Part shown: positions 27,156-37,606 of the stretch, one piece after another
Position numbering within the stretch: position 1 is the stretch's first letter
Layout: every line of letters starts with the position of its first letter
From: Syntrophobacterales bacterium
GTDB lineage: Bacteria; Desulfobacterota; Syntrophia; Syntrophales; UBA5619
Reading direction: 5' to 3'
Assembly: GCA_019429105.1 (NCBI GenBank)
Contig: JAHYJE010000001.1
Span: forward strand, 27,952-91,951
DNA: 64,000 bases
Translations under genes and position numbers: made by a program
Notes under the pieces: generated by a model
The model's database searches: none
What the model was told of the DNA's origin: nothing
The model's input: only the letters and a program-made list of their open reading frames with translations

Positions 27156-28808
27156 ATGACAACAACTTTAAAGAACGAGGAAACAGCACGTCTTCCCAGG
27201 GGGGTTGCCCTGCTCCGGGAGCCAATGCTGAACAAGGGAACATCCTTCACCGCGGCAGAACGCGAAACTTTCGGGCTGCGGGGGCTGCTGCCGCCGAAGA
27301 TTTTCACCCAGCAAGAAAGGGTTGACCAGGTGCTGGACCGTCTCCGAAAGAAACCCAATGATCTGGAAAAATACCTGTGCATTTCCGATCTCCGGGACCG
27401 TGACGAGCAACTGTTCTACCAAACCCTCATCAATCATGTCGAAGAAATTGCCCCCCTCGTTTACACGCCGACCGTGGGCCTCGCCTGCCAGGAATTCAGC
27501 AATATTTTTAGTTCCCCCCGCGGCATATACCTTACAAAATACGACCGCGGCCAAATCAAGAAGGTCCTTCAGAACTGGTATCGCGCCGTGCGGGTAATAG
27601 TCGTAACCGACGGCGAGCGCATCCTCGGCCTCGGCGATCTGGGGGCGAACGGCATGGGAATCCCGATCGGCAAATTGTCGCTTTACACGGGGTACGCCGG
27701 CATAGATCCCGACGGCTGCCTGCCGATTACCATCGACGTCGGCACAAACAACCAGGAACTCCTGCAATCGCCAAACTATATCGGGCTTCAGGAACCCCGC
27801 CTGCGGGGAGCAGCCTATGACGAACTGATCGATGAATTCATGGCGGCCGCGCACGAGGTTTTTCCGGAGGCTTTAATCCAGATGGAAGATTTCGGAAACG
27901 TTAACGCCTTTCGCCTGCTGCAAAAATACCGCGACCAATACCCCTTTTTCAACGACGACATTCAGGGAACGGCTTCCGTTGCGCTGGCTGGCGTTCTCTC
28001 TTCTCTGAAGATAACTGGGGGAAAATTAAAGGAACAGCGCCTGCTTTTTCTCGGCGCGGGAGAAGCGGGAATCGGCATGGGCAGCCTTATTGCCTCGGCA
28101 ATGGCCCTGGAAGGAATGTCCGAGGAGGAAGCCCGGCGCAACTGCTGGTTTGTCGATTCCCATGGACTGGTCGTCAAGAGCCGCCATGATTTGGCCGAGC
28201 ACAAGCTTCTGTTCGCGCATGACTATCCTTTCCAGCCGGATCTGCGGTCGGCTATCGAGTCGCTCCGGCCGACGGCGCTCATTGGCGCTTCCGCTCAAGC
28301 AGGCGCTTTCACGGAGGAAATTCTGCGCCTCATGGCAAAAATCAATGAAAGGCCGATTATCTTCGCGCTTTCCAACCCCACATCCAAGTCGGAATGCACC
28401 GCCGAGACGGCCTATCGTTGCACGGACAAACGCGCCGTTTTTGCAAGCGGAAGTCCCTTTCCACCTGTCGTGATCGATGGCCAGACATTCGTCTCGGGAC
28501 AGTCCAATAACGCCTACATTTTCCCCGGAGCGGGCCTCGGCATCGTCGCCTCGCGGGCCACCTCCGTCACCGACGAAATGTTTGCCGCGGCAGCGCGTTC
28601 GCTGACCGACCAGGTCACGCAGGCGGACCTGGACATGGGACGTATCTTTCCCTCCCTGGCGCTTATCCGCGAGGTGTCGTTCAATATCGCAGTGGCCGTC
28701 GCGAAAATCGTCTTTGCCCGCGGCCTGACTAAAATGAAGGAACCGGATGACCTGGGCGGCTTCATCAGGGCCTCGATGTACGATCCGACTTACCGGCAGT
28801 ACGCATAG
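27156..28808 (+). CDS. maeA: NAD(P)-dependent malic enzyme (large type)
   Basis: 550 aa. LNKGTSFTAAER, VVTDGERILGLGDLG, FNDDIQGTA, GAGEAGIG. Confidence 0.9.
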   Translation: MTTTLKNEETARLPRGVALLREPMLNKGTSFTAAERETFGLRGLLPPKIFTQQERVDQVLDRLRKKPNDLEKYLCISDLRDRDEQLFYQTLINHVEEIAPLVYTPTVGLACQEFSNIFSSPRGIYLTKYDRGQIKKVLQNWYRAVRVIVVTDGERILGLGDLGANGMGIPIGKLSLYTGYAGIDPDGCLPITIDVGTNNQELLQSPNYIGLQEPRLRGAAYDELIDEFMAAAHEVFPEALIQMEDFGNVNAFRLLQKYRDQYPFFNDDIQGTASVALAGVLSSLKITGGKLKEQRLLFLGAGEAGIGMGSLIASAMALEGMSEEEARRNCWFVDSHGLVVKSRHDLAEHKLLFAHDYPFQPDLRSAIESLRPTALIGASAQAGAFTEEILRLMAKINERPIIFALSNPTSKSECTAETAYRCTDKRAVFASGSPFPPVVIDGQTFVSGQSNNAYIFPGAGLGIVASRATSVTDEMFAAAARSLTDQVTQADLDMGRIFPSLALIREVSFNIAVAVAKIVFARGLTKMKEPDDLGGFIRASMYDPTYRQYA

Positions 28809-28829
28809 AAAGAGAACAGGCACAAGCGC

Positions 28830-30182
28830 ATGAGCAAACTTTTCGGCACCGACGGCATTCGGGGGGTGGCAAACAAAGCGCCGATGACGGCGGAGATGGC
28901 GCTGAATATTGGCCGCGCCGTCGCCCATCTGCTTGACAGGGAAGGACATGCGCCCCGCATTGTCATCGGCAGGGACACCCGCATTTCCGGGGACATGCTG
29001 GAAAATGCGCTTGTCGCCGGGCTCTGCTCCATGGGCGCGGATGCAATAGTCGCCGGGATTCTTCCCACCCCGGGGGTAGCTTTTCTTGCCGGCAGTCTCC
29101 GCGCCGCTGCGGGAATTGTCATCTCTGCTTCCCATAACCCCTACGAAGACAATGGGATAAAGATATTCGGCAAGGGCGGGTTCAAGCTTCCCGACGAAAC
29201 GGAGGCGGCGCTCGAGGAGCTGGTATCCGCCGAAAAAATCCCGGCCCTCGTCCCCTCCCCCGCCAAACTTGGCAGGGTCTCCCGAATGGACGATGCACCC
29301 GGCCGCTATACGGCCTTTCTGAAACAATCCTTTCCCCGCGAACATTCGCTCGCGGGGATGAAGCTGGTTCTGGACTGTGCAAACGGGGCCGCTCATCGCG
29401 TTGCGCCTGACGTCTTTTCCGAACTGGGCGCCACAACGACAACCCTGTTCAACACGCCGGACGGCAAAAACATCAACCTCCGCTGCGGCTCCCAGCACCC
29501 GGAAAAACTGGCGAAAAAGGTAGTGGAAGAGGGCGCCGACGCCGGGTTTGCCTTCGACGGCGACGGCGATCGCGTGATTGCGGTGGACGAAAAAGGCCAT
29601 GTTCTCACCGGGGACCGCATGCTCGCGATCTGCGCCAAGGTCATGAAGAATGAGGGAAAATTGACCAATAATATCGTCGTTCGGACGGTGATGAGCAATA
29701 CCGGTCTGCGGATCGCCTTGGAATCCTTGGGGATAGACTCCGTCATCACCGGGGTCGGCGATCGGCTCGTTATCGAGGCGATGAAAGCGAAAGGGGCAGC
29801 GCTGGGGGGAGAGGATTCCGGCCATCTGATCTTTCTCGAACACCACACAACCGGCGACGGGATTATCACCGCCCTGCAGGTGGCGGCGGCAATGAAAAAG
29901 GCAGACCAACCCCTCTCCCTGCTTGCTGAAATAATGCATGTATTTCCCCAGGTTCTCGTCAATGTGCATGTAAAATCCAGACCTGAACTAGAAACAGTCC
30001 CGGCGATCGCCGCCGCGATCCGCCAGGCGGAGGAGCGTCTCAGGGATCAGGGCCGCGTGCTTGTCCGCTACTCCGGCACGCAGCATATCTGCCGGATCAT
30101 GGCAGAGGGGCCAACCCAGGAAGAAACCGAGCAGATCTGCCGCACGCTCGCCGCCGTGATTGACCAAAGCCTGAACGTTTGA
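28830..30182 (+). CDS. glmM: Phosphoglucosamine mutase
   Basis: 450 aa. KLFGTDGIRG, active-site SASHNP, FDGDGDR. Confidence 0.92.
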   Translation: MSKLFGTDGIRGVANKAPMTAEMALNIGRAVAHLLDREGHAPRIVIGRDTRISGDMLENALVAGLCSMGADAIVAGILPTPGVAFLAGSLRAAAGIVISASHNPYEDNGIKIFGKGGFKLPDETEAALEELVSAEKIPALVPSPAKLGRVSRMDDAPGRYTAFLKQSFPREHSLAGMKLVLDCANGAAHRVAPDVFSELGATTTTLFNTPDGKNINLRCGSQHPEKLAKKVVEEGADAGFAFDGDGDRVIAVDEKGHVLTGDRMLAICAKVMKNEGKLTNNIVVRTVMSNTGLRIALESLGIDSVITGVGDRLVIEAMKAKGAALGGEDSGHLIFLEHHTTGDGIITALQVAAAMKKADQPLSLLAEIMHVFPQVLVNVHVKSRPELETVPAIAAAIRQAEERLRDQGRVLVRYSGTQHICRIMAEGPTQEETEQICRTLAAVIDQSLNV

Positions 30183-30360
30183 CTCCGGAATCCCTCCGGG
30201 GTGCATTTCCAACTTGAAGAAGCAGTTTCATCTTTCCCCGTCGCCCACAGTATTTTATTGGCAGCGGGCATATCTTATGCCTGGAAATATCGGAAAAGCG
30301 ATGAGCAAAGGGGAAAATTGTCAAAGATTAATGCGGGCTAATTAGCGTAAGGAACCAGCC

Positions 30361-31011
30361 ATGAAGGAAGCACTGAACGCACAACAGCGACACTGGGACA
30401 AGACATTTTCCGAGACAGCCGACATGTTCGGGGCCAAGGCCAGTGAACCGGCACAAGATACCGCAGAGCTTTTAAAAAAAGAAGGGAAGCAAAGAATCCT
30501 CGAATTAGGCGGAGGCCAAGGCAGAGATACCCTCTTCTTCGCCGGAAATGGTTTTCACGTGGATGTCCTCGATTATTCCGAGGCCGGCGTAAATGCCATC
30601 ATGGACAAAGCCGCTCAGTCAGGCTTATCCGCGCTCGTTTTCGCCCAAAGCCACGATGTCCGCAAACCTCTCCCCTTTGCCGACGAGACATTCGATGCCT
30701 GCTACTCGCACATGCTTTATTGCATGGCGCTTACAACCTCCGAACTCGAAGCTTTATCCGGCGAAGTGCTGCGAGTGCTGCGCCCGAATGGGCTTCATGT
30801 CTATACGGTGCGCAACACGAACGATTTTCATTATGGCAAAGGCATTCACCGGGGCGAGGATCTGTACGAAGTTGGGGGTTTCACAGTCCATTTCTTCAGT
30901 ATGCAGAAGGTTGAGCAATTGGCGAAGGGCTATGAACTGCTCAACGTTACTGAATTCGAGGAAGGAGCCCTTCCCCGCAAGCTTTTCCGCGTAACGCTCA
31001 GAAAGGGGTAA
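30361..31011 (+). CDS. Class I SAM-dependent methyltransferase
   Basis: 216 aa. ILELGGGQGRD motif I. Confidence 0.75.
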   Translation: MKEALNAQQRHWDKTFSETADMFGAKASEPAQDTAELLKKEGKQRILELGGGQGRDTLFFAGNGFHVDVLDYSEAGVNAIMDKAAQSGLSALVFAQSHDVRKPLPFADETFDACYSHMLYCMALTTSELEALSGEVLRVLRPNGLHVYTVRNTNDFHYGKGIHRGEDLYEVGGFTVHFFSMQKVEQLAKGYELLNVTEFEEGALPRKLFRVTLRKG

Positions 31012-31097
31012 CGTTCTATTTGTTTTTTGCCCTCCCATCTGATATTGAAAACGCGTTTTTGAATGAACCAAAAACAGACGAAAAACGGGGTTTGAAC

Positions 31098-34076
31098 ATG
31101 CTCAACCGCATCGAGATTGGTTTTAAAAACGGGATCCGGGAAGCCCTCGGCGAGAAGATAAAAGAGAGAATTATCAGCCACCTGAGGATAGACGTCGCCT
31201 CGGTGCGGACGTTCGAGATCTACACGCTCGACGGCGAGCTGGACCAGGAAGAGCTCGAAAAAGCGGCGGGCGGCCCCCTGTCTGATCCGGTAGTTCAGAA
31301 TTATGCGATCAACAGCTCAAAAACAGCCGGCTGCGACTGGTTCATCGAGGTCGGCTTCCGTCCCGGCGTCACCGACAATGTCGGGAAGACCGCCGGCGAG
31401 GCGCTTGCCGTTCTCACCGGCAAAAAGGTGCGAGTCTATACGTCGCGACTGTACGCAATCAGCGGAGTCCCCCTGTCCGCTCTTTCCCAAAAAGACGCCG
31501 CCAGGATTGCCTCGGAACTCCTCGCCAACGACCTCATCCAGCGTTACGATATCTACCCCGGGACGGCCGGAGAACCAGGCGCCCGGATAAAGCCCTATAT
31601 CCCGCAGGTAATAGGCGCCGACCTTCCCGGAACGACGGAGATAGACCTGAACATTTCCGACAGCGAATTGGCGAAGCTCAGTCAGGAACGGCTCCTGGCG
31701 CTCTCGCTTGAAGAGATGAAAATCATCCAGCGCCATCTGCAAGACGAGACCTTTGTCGCCCGCCGGGAGGCATTGGGACTCTCCGGCAAAATAACCGACG
31801 CGGAGCTGGAGTGTCTGGCGCAGACCTGGTCCGAGCACTGCAAGCACAAGATATTCAACGCCAAAATTATCTATGATGACGGAAGCGGCGCGCCCCGGGA
31901 GATAAATTCCCTTTTCAACACCTGCATCAAGGGCTCGACCAACGAGATCAGAAAACGGATGGGCGCAAACGACTGGTGCCTCTCCGTCTTTTCCGACAAC
32001 GCCGGGATCATCCGCTTCAATGACGACTGGAACCTCGTCTTCAAGGTTGAGACGCATAATTCCCCCTCCGCCCTCGATCCGTACGGCGGGGCGCTCACCG
32101 GCATCGTCGGGGTAAATCGCGACCCGTTCGGCGCCGGCCGGGGGGCAAAGCTGATCTTCAATACCGACGTCTTCTGTTTCGCCCCGCCCGAATACGAAAA
32201 ACCCCTGCCGGCCCGGATCCTTCACCCGCGCCGGATCTTCGAGGGGGTGCGCGAAGGCGTCGAGCACGGCGGCAACAAAAGCGGCATCCCGACCGTCAAC
32301 GGCTGCATCGTTTTCGACGAGCGCTACCTCGGAAAACCGCTGGTCTATTGCGGCACGGGGGGAATCATGCCGGCCCGGATCCAGGGGGAATTGAGTCATC
32401 TGAAGACAATCCTGCCCGGCGACATCATCGTGATGACCGGCGGCCGCATCGGCAAGGACGGCATCCACGGGGCCACCTTCTCCTCCGAGGAACTGCACGA
32501 GGGCTCCCCGGTAACGGCGGTGCAGATCGGCGACCCGATTACCCAGAAAAAGATGACCGACTTTCTGCTTATCGCCCGGGATCGCAGCCTCTATCGGGCG
32601 ATCACCGACAACGGCGCGGGGGGGCTTTCCTCCTCCGTGGGCGAAACGGCGGGAATCTCCGGCGGCTGCGAGCTCGACCTGGCCCGGGCGCCTCTCAAGT
32701 ACCCGGGACTCGCCCCGTGGGAGATTTTGATCTCCGAATCCCAGGAACGGATGACGCTCGCCGTGTCGCCTGAAACAATTGATGAATTTCTCGCCCTGGC
32801 CCGGAAAATGGACGTCGAAGCCACGCCGCTCGGGCGCTACACCGATTCGGGATGGTTCCATGTCCGTTACGGGGAAAAGACCGTCGCCCTGATCGAGCTC
32901 CCCTTTCTTCACGACGGCCTGCCGCAGATGAACCTCCGGGCCGCCTGGAGGGCGCCGCGGCATCCGGACCCGGATTTCCCGCTCCCGGAGAATTTGGGCG
33001 CGGAATTGCGGAAAATGCTGTCGCGGCTGAACATCTGCTCGAAGGAGTTTGTTATCCGTCAGTACGACCATGAGGTGCAGGGGGGAAGCGTGGTCAAGCC
33101 GCTGACCGGCGTCTGCAACGACGGCCCCAGCGACGCCGCGGTTATCCGACCCCTGCTGGACTCCTTTGAGGGGATTGTCGTCGCCAACGGCATCTGCCCC
33201 CGCTACAGCGATCTCGACGCGTACGCCATGGCGGCGGCGGCCATCGACGAGGCGGTCAGAAACGCCGTCGCAACCGGCGCCTCGCTCGACATGCTGGCCG
33301 GCCTGGACAACTTCTGCTGGTGCGACCCGGTGCAGACCGCAAAGAATCCCGACGGGGACTACAAACTCGCCCAGCTCATTCGGGCCAACGAGGCGCTCTA
33401 CGAACTGACTACGGCCTACGGCGTCCCCTGCATCTCGGGCAAGGACAGCATGAAAAACGACTACCAGATCGGGGATGTGCGCATTTCCGTTCCGCCGACG
33501 CTCCTTTTCTCGACGCTGGGGAAGATCGCCGATGTTCGCCAGGCCGTGACGATGGATGTCAAGAAACCGGGCGATCTGGTCTATATTTTGGGGAAAACGT
33601 ATCGGGAGCTGGGCGGCTCGGAATGGTACGCCCAGCATGGGGCAATCGGCAACAGCGTCCCGCAGGTAAGGCCAAAAACGGCAAAATTGCTGTACCGGAG
33701 GCTGAGCCTGGCCATCCGGGAAGGACTGGTCGCCTCCTGCCACGACTGTTCGGACGGCGGTCTCGGCGTGGCGCTCGCCGAATCGGCTTTCGCGGGAGGT
33801 TTGGGTATTGACCTCGAGCTGGCAAAAGTTCCCGCAGAGGGGATCAGCCGCGACGATGAACTCCTTTTTTCCGAATCCCAGAGCCGCTTCGTTACGACCA
33901 TCCATCCGGAGCAGCAAGAGGCCTTCGAAGCCATTTTGGGGGATTCCATCTTCGCCCTGATCGGGAAGGTTGCCGGGCAGGAACTGTTGACGATCAAGGG
34001 ACTGACCGGAAACGCCATCGTGGAGGAAAAACTCTCCGTTCTGAAGGAGGCCTGGCAACAGCCGCTTGCCTCTTGA
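31098..34076 (+). CDS. purL: Phosphoribosylformylglycinamidine synthase subunit PurL with an N-terminal PurS-like extension
   Basis: About 993 aa. KHKIFN, ETHNSPSA, DNGAGGLSS. The first roughly 230 aa resemble two PurS-like modules. Start chosen at MLNRIEIGF. Confidence 0.88.
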   Translation: MLNRIEIGFKNGIREALGEKIKERIISHLRIDVASVRTFEIYTLDGELDQEELEKAAGGPLSDPVVQNYAINSSKTAGCDWFIEVGFRPGVTDNVGKTAGEALAVLTGKKVRVYTSRLYAISGVPLSALSQKDAARIASELLANDLIQRYDIYPGTAGEPGARIKPYIPQVIGADLPGTTEIDLNISDSELAKLSQERLLALSLEEMKIIQRHLQDETFVARREALGLSGKITDAELECLAQTWSEHCKHKIFNAKIIYDDGSGAPREINSLFNTCIKGSTNEIRKRMGANDWCLSVFSDNAGIIRFNDDWNLVFKVETHNSPSALDPYGGALTGIVGVNRDPFGAGRGAKLIFNTDVFCFAPPEYEKPLPARILHPRRIFEGVREGVEHGGNKSGIPTVNGCIVFDERYLGKPLVYCGTGGIMPARIQGELSHLKTILPGDIIVMTGGRIGKDGIHGATFSSEELHEGSPVTAVQIGDPITQKKMTDFLLIARDRSLYRAITDNGAGGLSSSVGETAGISGGCELDLARAPLKYPGLAPWEILISESQERMTLAVSPETIDEFLALARKMDVEATPLGRYTDSGWFHVRYGEKTVALIELPFLHDGLPQMNLRAAWRAPRHPDPDFPLPENLGAELRKMLSRLNICSKEFVIRQYDHEVQGGSVVKPLTGVCNDGPSDAAVIRPLLDSFEGIVVANGICPRYSDLDAYAMAAAAIDEAVRNAVATGASLDMLAGLDNFCWCDPVQTAKNPDGDYKLAQLIRANEALYELTTAYGVPCISGKDSMKNDYQIGDVRISVPPTLLFSTLGKIADVRQAVTMDVKKPGDLVYILGKTYRELGGSEWYAQHGAIGNSVPQVRPKTAKLLYRRLSLAIREGLVASCHDCSDGGLGVALAESAFAGGLGIDLELAKVPAEGISRDDELLFSESQSRFVTTIHPEQQEAFEAILGDSIFALIGKVAGQELLTIKGLTGNAIVEEKLSVLKEAWQQPLAS

Positions 34077-34180
34077 CGGCCAGATCCTCCGAATGGCTGC
34101 ACAATTCATCCGCCAAACGGAAACGACAGGCAGTTTGGCGTTTATAAATGACTTATTTACCCGAAAGGAAATTATAAAAT

Positions 34181-35011
34181 ATGCCCCGGCAAATAAAGGC
34201 TATCGTTATTACCGGCAATGGAACCAATTGCGAGATGGAAACGTCCCGCGCCTGCCGGCTGGCCGGCTTCGACACGGTTGAGATCGTCCATATCAGCGAC
34301 CTTCTGACCGGCGCCAAACGACTCGACGATTATCATTTTCTGAATTTGCCAGGCGGCTTTCTCGACGGCGACGACCTCGGTTCCGCCAAGGCCGGCGCCA
34401 ACCGGATTCTCCACGCCCGGGTATCCGGGAATGGCGAGCGGCTGTACGATCAACTCCAGCGTTTCATAGAAGCGGGAAAACTGATTCTGGGAATCTGCAA
34501 CGGCTTTCAGCTCCTCGTCAAGCTGGGAGTTCTGCCCGGACTGGACGGCGACTACGAGCGGCAAACAGCAACGCTTACCCACAACGATTCCGGCCGCTTC
34601 GAGGATCGCTGGGTTTACCTGCGCGGCAATGCGGCCTCGCCTTGCATCTTTACCCGCGGCCTCTCCGGCATCTACCTGCCGGTACGGCACGGGGAAGGCA
34701 AGTTTATAACTGACAACGAAACAACCCTGAAAACAATCAAAAGGAAAAATCTGATCGCCCTGCAGTACAGCGATCAGACCTGCCGGGATGCAGCAAGGGA
34801 CTATCCGGCGAATCCGAACGGCTCAATAGACGCAATTGCCGGGATATGCAATGAAACGGGCCGCATCTTCGGCCTGATGCCCCATCCCGAGGCCTATCTG
34901 CACCGGACGAACCACCCCCGCTGGACGAGGGAGGAACTCCCCGAAGAGGGCATGGGGCTTTTGCTGTTCCGTAACGCCGCCGCCTTCCTGCGCAGCGAGG
35001 AATTCTCTTAA
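34181..35011 (+). CDS. purQ: Phosphoribosylformylglycinamidine synthase I (glutaminase)
   Basis: 276 aa. GICNGFQ nucleophile elbow and MPHPE. Confidence 0.88.
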   Translation: MPRQIKAIVITGNGTNCEMETSRACRLAGFDTVEIVHISDLLTGAKRLDDYHFLNLPGGFLDGDDLGSAKAGANRILHARVSGNGERLYDQLQRFIEAGKLILGICNGFQLLVKLGVLPGLDGDYERQTATLTHNDSGRFEDRWVYLRGNAASPCIFTRGLSGIYLPVRHGEGKFITDNETTLKTIKRKNLIALQYSDQTCRDAARDYPANPNGSIDAIAGICNETGRIFGLMPHPEAYLHRTNHPRWTREELPEEGMGLLLFRNAAAFLRSEEFS

Positions 35012-35042
35012 AAATTTTTATCCACCAAGATGAGGCGAAAAA

Positions 35043-35645
35043 ATGGCAAATGTTATAAAAGTCCTGGGGATCTATGGGAGCCCCCGCAAGGGAGGAAATA
35101 CCGACGTTCTGCTTGCTGAGGCGCTTCAAGGGGCTAAAGCGGCAGGCGCAAGGGTCGATTCGCTGCGGGTCAGCGACTTTAAAATCACCCCGTGCCGGGG
35201 CTGCCACGACTGCACCCGGGAGGGAATATGCCGAATCAAAGACGACATGCAGGAGATCTATCCGCGCCTGCTTGATGCGGATATCGTCATCCTCGCATCA
35301 CCGATATACTTTTACGGGGTAACCGGCTGGACCAAGGCGCTGATCGATCGCTCCCAGGCGCTCTGGGAGCGAAAATATACGCTTCACGACCCGGCGCTGG
35401 GCGATACGGCGCAAAAGAAAAAGGGGTTTTTCATCTCCGTCGGGGGAACAAAGGGGCAGAAGCTCTTCGAGGGAACCTCCTTGACGGTAAAATACTTTTT
35501 TGACGCCTTCAACGCCGCCTACACCGGCGATCTTCTCTTTCGCAAGGTTGACGCAAGCGGAGACATCCACAAGTATCCGGAAGCCTTTCCCCGGGCTTAC
35601 GCCGCCGGCCAAAAGCTGGTTGCCGATTTCGCCTCGGAGAAATGA
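35043..35645 (+). CDS. Iron-sulfur flavoprotein (Isf-like NAD(P)H-dependent FMN reductase family)
   Basis: GSPRKGGNT flavodoxin loop and compact CRGCHDCTREGIC (Cx2Cx2Cx5C) motif. Confidence 0.75.
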   Translation: MANVIKVLGIYGSPRKGGNTDVLLAEALQGAKAAGARVDSLRVSDFKITPCRGCHDCTREGICRIKDDMQEIYPRLLDADIVILASPIYFYGVTGWTKALIDRSQALWERKYTLHDPALGDTAQKKKGFFISVGGTKGQKLFEGTSLTVKYFFDAFNAAYTGDLLFRKVDASGDIHKYPEAFPRAYAAGQKLVADFASEK

Positions 35646-35655
35646 TGATCAGCCA

Positions 35656-36843
35656 ATGAAAAAATTTAACCTGAAGATCCTGCTGCTGCTTTCGTTGGGG
35701 CACCTGGTCACCGACATCTACCAGGGGGCGCTGCCGACCATACTGCCCTTCTTGAAGGAAAACCTGTCCCTTTCCTACACCATGACCGGCGTCATCCTGA
35801 TGGCGGCGAATTTCACATCCTCCTTTATTCAGCCCCTCTTTGGCTATTTTTCCGATATAAAAGAAAAACCGTTTCTTCTGCCTGCCGGCTGTCTCTGCGC
35901 CGGCCTCGGATTCTCCTTGTTGTCCTTGCCGTCAATTTACTGGATAGTGTTGGTGCTGGTGGGCCTAAGCGGCCTCGGCGTCGCCTCGTTCCATCCTGAG
36001 GGGTACAAGACCGCGGCCGGTTTCACCGGGGAAAAACCGGTCATGGGCATGGCGATATTTTCGGTGGGAGGAAATCTCGGCTTTGCCCTGGGGCCGATAA
36101 TTGCCGTTTTCATCATCAAATACGGCGGTTTTTCGTCATTGCCGTTCATCATCATCCCTTCTTTACTGGCTACCGGAATCATCCTGTTTTACTGGGGAGA
36201 AATCACTACCGGCCAGGCCGCCCGCAAAGCCGTAAAGGATTCCTCCTACAAGATTTCGCGCACTACTTACATCTCGGTGATTCTGCTGATCGGCATCGTC
36301 ATGATGCGCTCCTGGATACAAATGGGCCTGATGACCTACATCCCCTTTTATTACATTAATTATCTCAAGGGTGATCCCCTTTACGCAAGCGCCCTGGTGT
36401 CCGTCTTTCTTCTGGGCGGGGTACTGGGAACGTTAGGCGGCGCCTCTGTCGCCGACAGAATGGGCCACAAACGCTATCTAACCTTTGCCATGTTTCTGAC
36501 GGCGCTTACGCTGCCGCTGATTTTCTTTGTCCACGGCACGGCTTTATTCCTGGTTCTGGGAGTGCTGGGCATGATCGTGGTTTCCACCTTCACCGTCACC
36601 ATTGTCATGGTGCAGCGCCTGCTTCCCCATAACCTCGGCATCGCCTCCGGGCTGATGGTCGGCTTCGCCATCGGGGCAGGCGGCATTTGCGTAACGCTGC
36701 TGGGGGTGCTGGCCGACCATTTCGGCGTGCCGTTCGCCCTGAAGTCGATAGCGGTTCTGCCCTTCCTTGGTCTTATCCTGAGCCTGCTTCTGCGCTACCC
36801 GGAACATAGTATGCCCGAGGAACCTTCTCCAGCCGATAATTAA
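35656..36843 (+). CDS. MFS transporter
   Basis: About 395 aa with 12 hydrophobic segments. Start chosen at MKKFNLKILLLL. Confidence 0.75.
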   Translation: MKKFNLKILLLLSLGHLVTDIYQGALPTILPFLKENLSLSYTMTGVILMAANFTSSFIQPLFGYFSDIKEKPFLLPAGCLCAGLGFSLLSLPSIYWIVLVLVGLSGLGVASFHPEGYKTAAGFTGEKPVMGMAIFSVGGNLGFALGPIIAVFIIKYGGFSSLPFIIIPSLLATGIILFYWGEITTGQAARKAVKDSSYKISRTTYISVILLIGIVMMRSWIQMGLMTYIPFYYINYLKGDPLYASALVSVFLLGGVLGTLGGASVADRMGHKRYLTFAMFLTALTLPLIFFVHGTALFLVLGVLGMIVVSTFTVTIVMVQRLLPHNLGIASGLMVGFAIGAGGICVTLLGVLADHFGVPFALKSIAVLPFLGLILSLLLRYPEHSMPEEPSPADN

Positions 36844-37156
36844 GTAGCCAATATCGCTAATTCCTCAGCACCCTTTTATTGCGAGTTCCTCTTCTGCAAG
36901 CGGCAATCTTTCCCCCTGTTGAGCGCTTTGAAAGGATTTCGCCTGTCAACCATGAATAAACGCGAAAATACAAAGCCGAAAAAGCGCCGTTCTTCAAAAA
37001 ACAAAACACGTGAAAACAATTTTGTGAAAAGCAGGCAAGTGGTTATTGACAGCAAGGCGCAAAAAAGGATAGTTTACCTACAATAGGGGTAGCGCGTACG
37101 GATTCTTTAAAAAAAGACTTAAGCGGGGCAAAAACCTGAACGAAAAATTCATCAAG

Positions 37157-37594
37157 GTGTTGGCAACCGGTTTGGGAAGCGGGTTTGCGCCTTTTATGCC
37201 GGGAACCTTCGGAACGTTTGTCGGGATTCCTCTTTATCTGGTTTTTTCGTCCCTGTCCTGGCCAATCTGGCTGGTTACGACTCTGGCCTTCTGCTTTCTT
37301 GCCTGGTATGTCGCAAACGAGGCGGAGAGGCTTTTTGGACAAAAGGACGCCCAATGCATCGTGATTGACGAAATAGCCGGCCTCCAGTGGACGCTGTTTC
37401 TCGTTGCGCCGACGTTATCCCATATAGCCATAGGCTTTGTTTTGTTCAGGATTTTTGATATAACCAAGCCGTTTCCCGCGCGGTTTTTTCAGGACAGGCT
37501 CCAAGGCGGCGGCGGGATAGTGGCGGATGACCTGGCCGCGGGGGTTTATGGAAATATCGTCCTGCAGCTTCTGATTTATTGGTTCAAATTATAG
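37157..37594 (+). CDS. pgpA: Phosphatidylglycerophosphatase A
   Basis: LATGLGSGFAPFMPGTFGT and IVIDEIAG motifs. GTG start. Confidence 0.85.
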   Translation: MLATGLGSGFAPFMPGTFGTFVGIPLYLVFSSLSWPIWLVTTLAFCFLAWYVANEAERLFGQKDAQCIVIDEIAGLQWTLFLVAPTLSHIAIGFVLFRIFDITKPFPARFFQDRLQGGGGIVADDLAAGVYGNIVLQLLIYWFKL

Positions 37595-37606
37595 GAAAGG
37601 CAATGG

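Noticed and set aside
31317-34109. Very long antisense ORFs. Examples: 930 aa opposite purL; 647 aa at 28026..29969 opposite malic enzyme/glmM; 497 aa at 8098..9591; 583 aa at 42057..43808 opposite alaS; 411 aa at 46537..47772 opposite mod; 359 aa at 53892..54971; 337 aa at 20082..21095; 315 aa at 18153..19100; 324 aa at 41052..42026.
   Set aside because: They are shadow frames of clearly identified genes in GC-rich DNA. Their translations are Arg/Gly/Pro/Ala-rich, have no recognisable motifs and lack ribosome-binding sites.
36951-37080. A small, highly basic ORF (MNKRENTKPKKRRSSKNKTRENNF…) and a TTGACA-N17-ATAGTT promoter-like sequence upstream of pgpA.
   Set aside because: The ORF has no RBS and a low-complexity composition. 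The -10 element is weak, so neither is supported well enough to annotate.
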